Source: a virus. Taken from it: a DNA stretch of 33,830 bases. Where the stretch lies: the IMG/VR virus record IMGVR_UViG_3300022074_000187; one strand, written 5' to 3'. The notes beneath the pieces were generated by a model. The model was not told where the DNA came from. It made no database searches and saw nothing but the letters and a program-made list of their open reading frames with translations. Both the position numbers and the translations under genes were made by a program. Positions 25,738-33,820 of this stretch are shown in pieces. The stretch's first letter is position 1; every line of letters starts with the position of its first letter.

Positions 25738-27813
25738 ATGGCTATAGTCGTAAATGATACAACACCAAGAAATCAGTACACAGCTACGTCTACACAGACT
25801 ACGTTTACTTACTCCTTTGAAATATTTGAAGTAACTGATATAAAAGTATTTCAAGGTTCTACACTCCTAACATACGCTAGTAGTCCTTCGGACAAAACTG
25901 AGTATAGGGTTACAGGTGCTGGTACATCAGGTGGTGGCACTATTGTATTAGGTGGTGGTGCTACTGCTAATGATGTGTATACATTAGTAAGAGATATACC
26001 TGTTGCAAGAACAACAGACTTTCCTACATCTGGTCCATTTGTAATAGATAGTTTAAATACTGATCTTGATAAGATGGTTGCTATGATGGGTGAAAGAGAA
26101 GATGAGATAGCAAGGTCAATAAGACTAACTGATGATGATTCTTCTGCAACATTAACATTACCACTAAAAGCAAGTAGAGCAAATAAAGTATTAACATTTA
26201 GTAGTACAGGTAATGTAGAAACTTCTATTACAGCAACAGACGTAAGTACCGTTGCTAGTATTTCAAGTAACATAACAACAGTAAGTGGCATAGCAAGTAA
26301 TGTAACAACAGTAGCTGGCATTAGTAGTAATGTAACTACTGTTGCTGGCAAGGCATCAGAAATAACTTCTGTTGCGGCAGTTGCAAGTTTAATAACTTCA
26401 GACTTTGTATCGGATCTAAACACATTAGCAGTAACAGATGTAGTAAATGATATTAATACATTAGCTACTTCTGATATTGTAAGTGATCTTAACACACTAG
26501 CCACATCAGATATTGTTAGTGATTTAAATACTTTGGCAACAAGTGATATTGTTTCTGATATAAACACTCTTGCTACAAGTGATATAGTAAGTGATTTAAA
26601 TACACTTGCTACTAGTGATTTTGTATCAGATTTAAATACAATAGCTACTTCAACAAATGTAAACAATATTGCAACAGTTGCTGGTAATAACTCAAACATA
26701 AATACGGTAGCTGGTAACAATTCTAATATTTCTACTGTAGCTGGAATATCAAGTAACGTTACTACTGTTGCTGGCATTACAAGTAATATTGCTACAGTCG
26801 CTGGTATATCAGCTAATATAACTACAGTTGCTAGTAACAATGCAAACATAACTACATTAGCTGGTATAAGTTCAGACGTAACATCTCTTGCTAGTGCTCT
26901 TGCATCTACTACTAATTATACTGTAACAGTAGCAAGTGGTACATTATATGGTGGTGGTACTGGTAATGTATTTTATTTAGATGGTACTGGTAATCCAGCA
27001 ATTACTTTAATAAGAGGTAATACATATGTATTTGATCAAAGTGATTCTAGTAATGCTTCACATCCAATAGCATTTAGGACTAGTGCAGATGCAAGCTATA
27101 CAACAGGTGTAACTTCTACTGGTACTCCTGGAAATGCTGGAGCAAAAACTACATTTGTTGTACCTTCAGATGCACCAGCTTCGTTAAAGTATTACTGTAC
27201 TACGCATGGAAATGGTATGGGTAATGTTATTACTGTAGATACTTCAAACATAAATGTTGTTGCTAGTAATATAGGTGAAGTAAATAGTTTTGCACAAAGA
27301 TATAGAGTAGGAAGTAGTGATCCTACGTCATCACTAGATGAAGGAGATTTAGCATATAATAGTACAGCAAATGTTTTAAAATATTATAATGGATCTGCTT
27401 GGGTAACTATTGTTGCTGGTTCTTTGACAGATATAGTACAGGATGGTAGTCCACAATTAGGTGGAGATCTTGATGTTCAAACAAATTCAATAATATCTAC
27501 AACAAATAGAGATATAAATATTACACCAAATGGATCTGGTAAAGTAGTTTTAGATGGATTAAGTTATCCAACATCTGATGGTACAGCAAATCAAGCAATA
27601 ACAACAGATGGTTCTGGCACTCTTACTTTTGCTACAATACAAGCAAGTGAGTTGACAAGTGCTGGAAATTTGTTTAGTAATTATAATAGTGTAAGTAGTA
27701 ATGCTACTTCTACAACAGCCAGCACAAAGAATGCGTTTCTCTTTGGACCGATAACTGTAAGTGGTTCTGCTACTTGGACAATAAATGGAAATGGCACATT
27801 AGAAATTTTATAG
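25738..27813 (+). CDS. Tail fibre: gp17-like N-terminal adaptor, tandem-repeat shaft, cupredoxin-like domain, C-terminal domain
   Basis: The N-terminus (YTATSTQTTFTYSFEIF...IKVF...YRV...LVRDIPVARTTDF...LNTDLDK) parallels the T7 gp17 N-terminal domain (LDGSNRDFNIPFEYL...YRF...LRRVTSTTDRLVDF...LNVAQ). Confidence 0.8.
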   Translation: MAIVVNDTTPRNQYTATSTQTTFTYSFEIFEVTDIKVFQGSTLLTYASSPSDKTEYRVTGAGTSGGGTIVLGGGATANDVYTLVRDIPVARTTDFPTSGPFVIDSLNTDLDKMVAMMGEREDEIARSIRLTDDDSSATLTLPLKASRANKVLTFSSTGNVETSITATDVSTVASISSNITTVSGIASNVTTVAGISSNVTTVAGKASEITSVAAVASLITSDFVSDLNTLAVTDVVNDINTLATSDIVSDLNTLATSDIVSDLNTLATSDIVSDINTLATSDIVSDLNTLATSDFVSDLNTIATSTNVNNIATVAGNNSNINTVAGNNSNISTVAGISSNVTTVAGITSNIATVAGISANITTVASNNANITTLAGISSDVTSLASALASTTNYTVTVASGTLYGGGTGNVFYLDGTGNPAITLIRGNTYVFDQSDSSNASHPIAFRTSADASYTTGVTSTGTPGNAGAKTTFVVPSDAPASLKYYCTTHGNGMGNVITVDTSNINVVASNIGEVNSFAQRYRVGSSDPTSSLDEGDLAYNSTANVLKYYNGSAWVTIVAGSLTDIVQDGSPQLGGDLDVQTNSIISTTNRDINITPNGSGKVVLDGLSYPTSDGTANQAITTDGSGTLTFATIQASELTSAGNLFSNYNSVSSNATSTTASTKNAFLFGPITVSGSATWTINGNGTLEIL
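26239..26904 (+). repeat. In-frame tandem repeat array inside the tail-fibre gene
   Basis: Three blocks. 30-nt units x5 (NxTTVAGISS type, 26239-26388). 36-nt units x about 7 (LATSDIVSDLNT type, about 26398-26664). 30-nt units x8 (NIxTVAGxxS, 26665-26904). Confidence 0.9.
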
Positions 27814-27822
27814 GAGTTATAA

Positions 27823-28404
27823 ATGGCAAGTACAGTAGCAGTAGATAAAATACAAGGAGCAAGTGGAACAACAGTAACTATACCTACTGGACATTCTTTA
27901 GTAGTTACAGATGGTATAGGTATATCAAGTTTACCAACAATAACAGTAGCAAAAGGTGGCACAGGATCAACAAGTGCAAGTGCCGCTAGAACAGCATTAG
28001 GTCTTGCAATAGGCAGTGATATACAAGCATTTGATGCTGATACAGTAAAGAAAGATGAAAACAATACATTTACAAAATCACAAAGAGGTAGCACACAAAC
28101 TGCTGGATCACAAACAGGTAGTGTTACACTTGATTTTGATACTTATCAAAACTTTGTTTTAACAGCTACAGGTAATGTAACACTAGCTAATCCTTCAACT
28201 GAATCAGTAGGACAATCTGGTATCATAGTATTTATTCAAGATGGTACAGGAAGCAGAACATTATCATTAGGTACAGATTATGAAACTGCTGGTGGTGCTG
28301 GATTAACAATATCAACAGCGGCAAATGCTGTAGATGTGATACCATATTTTGTTAAAGCATCAGGGTCAATTCAACTAGGAGCACCACAACTTGCATTTGC
28401 ATAG
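27823..28404 (+). CDS. Tail fibre-associated protein
   Basis: 193 aa. ITVAKGGTGSTSASAARTALGL is the GGTG..A...LGL motif common in phage fibre proteins. SD AGGAG. Confidence 0.55.
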   Translation: MASTVAVDKIQGASGTTVTIPTGHSLVVTDGIGISSLPTITVAKGGTGSTSASAARTALGLAIGSDIQAFDADTVKKDENNTFTKSQRGSTQTAGSQTGSVTLDFDTYQNFVLTATGNVTLANPSTESVGQSGIIVFIQDGTGSRTLSLGTDYETAGGAGLTISTAANAVDVIPYFVKASGSIQLGAPQLAFA

Positions 28405-28416
28405 GAGACATAAGTA

Positions 28417-29205
28417 ATGCCGTTACAAGGTGAATTTTTTCAAAAACCAGCTAGTTCTACAGGAATATATTCGTATCAAATCGAGCAAAGTTTAAGGTTC
28501 GATTTTGCAGATGATAGTTATATGAATTTTTCTCCTGGAACTGCTACCAGTAGAGATGTTATGACTTGGAGTTTTTGGTTTAAGTTTGGTGGCGACCCAT
28601 ATTCTGGTGGACAAGAAAATATATTATGGACTGCTGGTAGTGGTGGTGGTGCTGGACAATATTCATTTTTGGAAGTAAGAGCTTCAGACAGAAATTTAAC
28701 TTGTGACTTTTATAATTTAGGTATAGGTGCTCTTGATGTATCACTAGTTGATCCTTCTTCTTGGTATCATTTAGTTATGCGATATAACTCTAATGAAAGT
28801 ACACAAATAGATAGATTAAAAATTTGGTTAAATGGTAGACAATTAACAATATCTTCTAATAGCATATCTTCTGGAGAAGATTTTCCTAATTGGAACAATA
28901 ACAATATGTATATAGGCAACAAAACAAATATAGGTCACGCAGTACAAGGTACTAATTTTAGTTTTGCAGAATGGATTTTTGTTGATGGTACTGCTTATGA
29001 TGAAACGCAGTTTGGCGAATTTAAGAATAATATTTGGGTGCCGAAAAATCCAGCTGGAACTTCATTCGGTAATAATGGTTTTCATTTAAAATTTGCGTCT
29101 GGAGCTTTTGGTACAGATTCAAGTGGTAATGGTAATAACTGGTCTACCAACAACATAGGTACTGATCACGCTTCTATTGATACACCAACAAGTGGAGGGA
29201 GTTAA
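28417..29205 (+). CDS. Concanavalin-A/LamG-like lectin-fold protein (putative distal fibre / receptor binding)
   Basis: MTWSFWFKFGG ... SSWYHLVMRYNS ... LKIWLNGRQL follows the LamG (Laminin_G_3) strand pattern. Confidence 0.6.
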   Translation: MPLQGEFFQKPASSTGIYSYQIEQSLRFDFADDSYMNFSPGTATSRDVMTWSFWFKFGGDPYSGGQENILWTAGSGGGAGQYSFLEVRASDRNLTCDFYNLGIGALDVSLVDPSSWYHLVMRYNSNESTQIDRLKIWLNGRQLTISSNSISSGEDFPNWNNNNMYIGNKTNIGHAVQGTNFSFAEWIFVDGTAYDETQFGEFKNNIWVPKNPAGTSFGNNGFHLKFASGAFGTDSSGNGNNWSTNNIGTDHASIDTPTSGGS

Positions 29206-29207
29206 TT

Positions 29208-30962
29208 ATGGCGGCTAATTGTAATTTTGCAACTTGGAATCCTGGTGCTAAAGTAAATCCTGGTCTATCTTATTCAGGATCAATTTTTGATAAAGCTAAT
29301 ACTAGATTCAGAGGTAACACTGGTGGTACATCATCTGCAACTTCTACAATCAGTATGAAAAGTGGTAAATGGTATGTAGAATTATATGCAGAAAATAATC
29401 CAAACGGAGGTTGGCCTACACTAGGACTTCTTAAAACTTCATCTATTTCAATAATGCAAAATGTAAGTAATTACCAAGGTTATACAAGTGCTACTGTTTC
29501 TCATAGGTCAGAAATTGTTGGAACAAATGGTAACATAAATGCATTTGGTTCAACATCAGGTGCTTCTGTAGGAGGTAGTGCTTGGGCAGATGGTGACATA
29601 GTACAAATAGCTGTGGATATAGATGCTGGTAAATGGTGGTTTGGTAAAAATAATACTTATTTTAATAGTGGAAATCCAGCAGCTGGAACTGGGCAAGTAG
29701 ATACATTTACTGCTGGAACAGAAATGTCTATATGGGTAGCTAGTTATAATGGCTCTTCTTATATGCACATTAATGCTGGTCAAAGCAGTCAGTTTAATGG
29801 TAATAAAACAAGTGGTTCTGCGAATGCAACTGATGGTAACGGCTTCGGAGATTTTTATTACACCCCACCTACAGGCTTCAATGCCCTATGTCAGGGCAAC
29901 GTTGCGATTGATGATGACATTGATCCAGCACAAACTGATAATGATTTTATAGGTGGTAAACAATTTGCTATAGCTACTTGGACTGGTGATGGTGTAAATG
30001 ATAGAGCTATATCTTTAGGTATGCAACCTGATTTAATAGTAATAAAAGAAAGAGGTTCAGCTAATAATTGGTATTGGATAGATAGCACAAGAGGAATAAA
30101 TAATTCTTTACAAAGTAACACAGATGGTGGAACTCATGTAGATACAGGAATTGCAAATGCTTTTACATCAACTGGTTTTACCCTAGGAACTTCAGGTGGT
30201 TCAAATAATAGTAGTGATACATATTGTGGTTGGGGTTGGCGTTGTAATGGGGGAACAACAGCTAGTAATAGTAGTGGTTCAATAACTTCTACAGTACAAG
30301 CAAACGCAGAAGCTGGTTTTAGTATAATTACCTATACAGGAAATGGTAGTGCTGGTGCTACAATAGGGCACGGTCTAGGAAAGGCACCAGAATTTTTTTT
30401 AATTAAAAGATTAAGTTCTCAGCAAACTTGGGCAGTATATTCTGTAGGTTTAGGAGCCACAAAAAACGTTGCTTTAAACAATAACAATGCTGTTGCTACA
30501 GGTACTGCTTGGTTTAATGATACAGAACCTAGTGCTACTTTAATTACTATAGGTACTGAGGGTAGAGTTAATCAAAATGGTGGAAATTATGTTTGTTATG
30601 CGTGGACATCAATTCCTGGTTTCTCTTCATTTGGGTCATACAACGGCACAGGCAATACTCAAGGTGCTTTCGTGTATACTGGCTTTCGCCCAAAATTAGT
30701 AATGCTAAAAAGGACAGATGGAGCAGGTTCGTATTTAGTGTCTGATGCAACAAGAAGACCTTTTAATGATGAAGATTACAGAGAGGTGTATTGGAATGAT
30801 ACAAGTTCAGAGCAAACAGGTACAAATACACACGATGGAGTAGATTATTTATCAAACGGATTTCGTTTAAGAGGTACTAATTTAGGGTCGCAAGGTAGCA
30901 ATAATGATTATATTTATTCTGCTTGGGGAGATATTCCATTTCGCTATTCTAACCCATTTTAA
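29208..30962 (+). CDS. SPRY-domain-containing structural protein (putative receptor binding)
   Basis: SGKWYVELYAENNPNGGWPTLGLL and GDIVQIAVDIDAGKWWFGKNN are the two hallmark SPRY/B30.2 motifs. A further Gly/Ser/Thr/Asn-rich region of about 390 aa follows. Confidence 0.65.
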   Translation: MAANCNFATWNPGAKVNPGLSYSGSIFDKANTRFRGNTGGTSSATSTISMKSGKWYVELYAENNPNGGWPTLGLLKTSSISIMQNVSNYQGYTSATVSHRSEIVGTNGNINAFGSTSGASVGGSAWADGDIVQIAVDIDAGKWWFGKNNTYFNSGNPAAGTGQVDTFTAGTEMSIWVASYNGSSYMHINAGQSSQFNGNKTSGSANATDGNGFGDFYYTPPTGFNALCQGNVAIDDDIDPAQTDNDFIGGKQFAIATWTGDGVNDRAISLGMQPDLIVIKERGSANNWYWIDSTRGINNSLQSNTDGGTHVDTGIANAFTSTGFTLGTSGGSNNSSDTYCGWGWRCNGGTTASNSSGSITSTVQANAEAGFSIITYTGNGSAGATIGHGLGKAPEFFLIKRLSSQQTWAVYSVGLGATKNVALNNNNAVATGTAWFNDTEPSATLITIGTEGRVNQNGGNYVCYAWTSIPGFSSFGSYNGTGNTQGAFVYTGFRPKLVMLKRTDGAGSYLVSDATRRPFNDEDYREVYWNDTSSEQTGTNTHDGVDYLSNGFRLRGTNLGSQGSNNDYIYSAWGDIPFRYSNPF

Positions 30963-30976
30963 ACAAGGAGGAAAAA

Positions 30977-31612
30977 ATGTGGGCTTACGTTAAAGATAAT
31001 AAAATACAAGAAATTATACCTATACCTAAAAATATAGTGATAGATGATGTTAAACATCCTGCAAAAATATTTAGTGCTTGGAGTTGGAGTGAATTAAATA
31101 GTATAGGTATCTATACAGTAGAAAGTGCAAGTGAAGGAGATAATAGATTTGAAGTAACATCTAGTCCTACATATGCCTTTGATAGCTCTAACAAAAAAGT
31201 AACTAGCACAGTGACAAAAACAAATAGAGAATTAGATGATACTGAAGCTAAAGATGAAAGTGGTAAAAACATTTTAGATAATGATGGCAACAAAGTAATT
31301 AATTATGGTTTAAAAACTTTAGCTAAAGAACAAGCAAAAACACAAGCACATAATTTAATAAAAAGATTTGGTTGGTTGGTGCAAAGAGTTACTATGGATA
31401 GTAGTGCAACCATACCTAGTGCAGTAACAACATATTGTGCGGCAATAAGGAAAGATTGTGGAGACATTTGCACAGCTATTGATAATGCAAGTGATATGGC
31501 AGCATTTAAAGCATTGTATGCAGATACTGTAAACAGTGAGGGGGTTGTAACACAAGTAAACAGAATAGATAGGTGGACAAGTGATAGCACAGTTCAAGAT
31601 TATATTAGGTAA
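30977..31612 (+). CDS. Hypothetical protein
   Basis: 211-aa ORF with strong SD AAGGAGG. Confidence 0.55.
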   Translation: MWAYVKDNKIQEIIPIPKNIVIDDVKHPAKIFSAWSWSELNSIGIYTVESASEGDNRFEVTSSPTYAFDSSNKKVTSTVTKTNRELDDTEAKDESGKNILDNDGNKVINYGLKTLAKEQAKTQAHNLIKRFGWLVQRVTMDSSATIPSAVTTYCAAIRKDCGDICTAIDNASDMAAFKALYADTVNSEGVVTQVNRIDRWTSDSTVQDYIR

Positions 31613-31676
31613 AATAAAATCTATTTTTAAAAAGAAACGTAAAAGAGGTAGACCTCGAAAGACAAGAGCATTTTAA
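31581..31676 (+). CDS. Possible 31-aa cationic peptide with a GRP (AT-hook-like) tail
   Basis: GTG at 31581 preceded by GGTGG. Reads (M)IAQFKIILGKIKSIFKKKRKRGRPRKTRAF. Its TAA overlaps the ATG of the next gene (TAATG). Very short and uncertain. Confidence 0.2.
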   Translation: MIAQFKIILGKIKSIFKKKRKRGRPRKTRAF

Positions 31677-31915
31677 TGACTGTTGATCCTTTTCTAGTTT
31701 GGAATATAGTTCTTTCTTTTATTATAGTTCCTTTTGGTTGGGCATTTGGTAAAATGTTTTCAGAAGTTAAGAGGTTGCAGTTACATCTTAATGATACACG
31801 TGAAACATATGCTACCAAATCTGAGTTAAATAATGAAGCAAGAGAAACAAAAGAAGCTATAATAAGACTTGAACAAAAACTAGATAGGATGGCAATCAAA
31901 TGGTCGAACCAGTAA
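31676..31915 (+). CDS. Membrane-anchored coiled-coil protein (N-terminal TM helix)
   Basis: FLVWNIVLSFIIVPFGWAF is followed by a charged helical segment. It lies upstream of the holin-like gene. Confidence 0.55.
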   Translation: MTVDPFLVWNIVLSFIIVPFGWAFGKMFSEVKRLQLHLNDTRETYATKSELNNEARETKEAIIRLEQKLDRMAIKWSNQ

Positions 31916-32532
31916 CAGCAGTACTTACTGGTATAGCACTGGTAAAACAAGCAACCTCATTCATAAAAGAAAATATCAATACAGTAAATGATATATCTGG
32001 TGTAGCTAAACAGATAGATCAAATGTTTACTGGGCAACAAGAGATAAACAAAGAACGCAGTAAGGCGGCAAACAGTACAGCTAATGAGTTAGGTTTATCA
32101 AATGTTACACAAAGTATAATTGATGCCAAGTTAGCAAATGAGCAAATGCAAGAAGTAAAGAATATGATTAATCTTAGATTCGGACCTAATACTTGGGATC
32201 AGATTCTAATGGAACGTAAACGTAGGATAGAAGCAGTAAAGCAACAAAAGTTATTAATTAAAAAAAGAAAGTTAGAGAAACAAAAAGAAATGATGGATGT
32301 TGCGAAACAAGCAACGATAGGTATTAGTATAGTAATATTAATATTATTTCTGAGTGTAATAGCTTACGTTGCCTTTGCTTCGGAAGAAGAAGAATGTATG
32401 GAGTTTTATCCAAAGTACTATCTTGTATGTCTTAATGAAGGTAAAGAGATAGCTTTGACTGAACAATATTTAGATCGTCTTAAATACAGACAGCAAAATA
32501 CTTGTTGTTTATTACAAAATGAAAAGGAGTAA
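31900..32532 (+). CDS. Hypothetical membrane protein (C-proximal TM helix)
   Basis: 210 aa. IGISIVILILFLSVIAYVAF is followed by a Cys-containing tail. Confidence 0.5.
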   Translation: MVEPVTAVLTGIALVKQATSFIKENINTVNDISGVAKQIDQMFTGQQEINKERSKAANSTANELGLSNVTQSIIDAKLANEQMQEVKNMINLRFGPNTWDQILMERKRRIEAVKQQKLLIKKRKLEKQKEMMDVAKQATIGISIVILILFLSVIAYVAFASEEEECMEFYPKYYLVCLNEGKEIALTEQYLDRLKYRQQNTCCLLQNEKE

Positions 32533-32534
32533 CT

Positions 32535-32924
32535 ATGGCACTAACAGCATTAATCGGACCAGCAACTAAACTTATTGGCAAGTTTGTCAGAGATAAAGAT
32601 AAACAGGCACAACTTGCACACGAGATCTCAACTATGGCAGAGAAGCATAGTCAACAACTTATGATGCAACAGTTAGAAGTAAATAAAGCTGAAGCAAAAG
32701 GTAACTGGTTTCAATCTTCGTGGCGACCCCTTGTCGGTTGGATCTGTGCGATTTCCCTGGGAATTAATTTTATGGTTTCGCCAATTTGTGCTGGGTTTGG
32801 TATTACTATACCACAAGCTGATATGAGTGTAATGATGCCATTGCTTTTAGGTATGCTTGGACTTGGTGGTTTACGATCTTTCGATAAGTTAAAAAAAACT
32901 GATACTAAAACTTTGAAAAAGTAG
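32535..32924 (+). CDS. Holin, 3-TM (GTA-holin-like) type
   Basis: NKAEAKGNWFQSSWRPLVGWICAISLGINFMVSPI... matches the EA...WRP.(V/I)GW signature followed by hydrophobic helices. Confidence 0.65.
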   Translation: MALTALIGPATKLIGKFVRDKDKQAQLAHEISTMAEKHSQQLMMQQLEVNKAEAKGNWFQSSWRPLVGWICAISLGINFMVSPICAGFGITIPQADMSVMMPLLLGMLGLGGLRSFDKLKKTDTKTLKK

Positions 32925-32979
32925 GTACAATCATAAGCAAAACTTTTTTACCTACACTCAGTGCTCATTTAAATGGATC

Positions 32980-33016
32980 GAAAAATCCCTGATTTCTGGG
33001 GTTTGTGACTAGGGAT
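32980..33016. terminator. Convergent (bidirectional) terminator region between the late operon and the endolysin gene
   Basis: Plus strand: AAATCCC-TGATTTCT-GGGGTTT. Minus strand: ATCCCT-20 nt-AGGGAT followed by TTTTT. The stems are short. Confidence 0.4.
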
Positions 33017-33117
33017 ACCAACCACAACATATAGTAATATATCCACATAATTAATTAACATTGTGTTTGTTTTTTAAAATCCCTAGTACAAATAATATAT
33101 ATACTTATACAATCAGA

Positions 33118-33561
33118 TCAAGAAAAATGTTTTTCAGAACATTCACTTATTGTTTTTACTATACGTTCTGCTCTTGCACCTACTTGATTGTACCATTGAC
33201 TGTCTTGTGCTTCTTTGCCAGCAGTAATATAATCACCAACCTCGAGAGCTGCAATCATTTTTTTAAATTTACTTAATCTTGTTATCCCTAAATTGAAAGC
33301 CATGTTGTAGAAACATAGCTTTATAGGGAGAGGAGAAATTTTTATGAATGGATAGTTATTATCCACTTCTTTAATAACATCTAAGATCCTTTGTCGCAAC
33401 AACATTCTTGCTTCATCTTCTGATAATCCATGTTCTTCAACTTCGATTCCATATCCTACAGTATACTTACCAGCTGGACATTTATAAACTATATGTCTGC
33501 CATTATCATTCTTTACTGTACCTTCATCTTCTGCTAATTGATTTATTAGTTCTTCTATCAT
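33118..33561 (-). CDS. Endolysin, GH24 (T4/lambda-type lysozyme)
   Basis: LAEDEGTVKN...GKYTVGYGIEV (the EG...T.G.G core) and FNLGITRLSKFKKMIAAL...WYNQVGARAERI are typical of phage lysozymes. Confidence 0.85.
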   Translation of the reverse strand: MIEELINQLAEDEGTVKNDNGRHIVYKCPAGKYTVGYGIEVEEHGLSEDEARMLLRQRILDVIKEVDNNYPFIKISPLPIKLCFYNMAFNLGITRLSKFKKMIAALEVGDYITAGKEAQDSQWYNQVGARAERIVKTISECSEKHFS

Positions 33562-33562
33562 A

Positions 33563-33820
33563 TCACCTCACTACTTTATATTTATCTATTGTTATCTTTC
33601 TTTGTTTCTTTTTACTAACCTTAACTTTAGAATTTTCAGATCCCCCCTTTTTTTGTGGAGGGGGTTCCGAAAATTCTAATCTCATTCCTTTTACCACTGC
33701 CTTATCATAACAATCCTTACAGTAAAACGTACCACCTTTCCATTTTACTGCATTCTTGGTGCAATACTTGCATCTCTTTTTCATACACGCTTTTCTCCAA
33801 GCATCATCAAATATACCCAC
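33563..33820 (-). CDS. Zinc-ribbon (CxxC...CxxC) small basic protein
   Basis: 85 aa, GTG start with AGGAGG 5 nt upstream. Contains CKYCTKNAVKWKGGTFYCKDC. The 5' 117 nt lie inside the terminal repeat. Confidence 0.6.
   Translation of the reverse strand: MGIFDDAWRKACMKKRCKYCTKNAVKWKGGTFYCKDCYDKAVVKGMRLEFSEPPPQKKGGSENSKVKVSKKKQRKITIDKYKVVR

Noticed and set aside
25851-26849. 332-aa ORF on the minus strand, antisense to the tail-fibre gene
   Set aside because: It lies entirely within the in-frame tandem repeats, and its repetitive Val/Ala/Thr-rich translation mirrors them. It has no SD. The sense frame has clear fibre homology, so the lack of stops is a repeat artefact.
26239-26904. Possible CRISPR array or DGR template/variable repeat pair
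   Set aside because: The units are contiguous with no spacers. They are in frame within a 691-aa ORF and are conserved at the amino-acid level. No cas genes, reverse transcriptase or second adenine-biased copy exists anywhere in the genome.
31569-31676. C-terminal frameshift extension of gene 30977..31612 into the KKKRKRGRPRKTRAF frame
   Set aside because: No slippery heptamer was seen. The alternative frame opens only after a TAG at 31566-31568. It is listed instead as a very low-confidence independent GTG-initiated mini-ORF.
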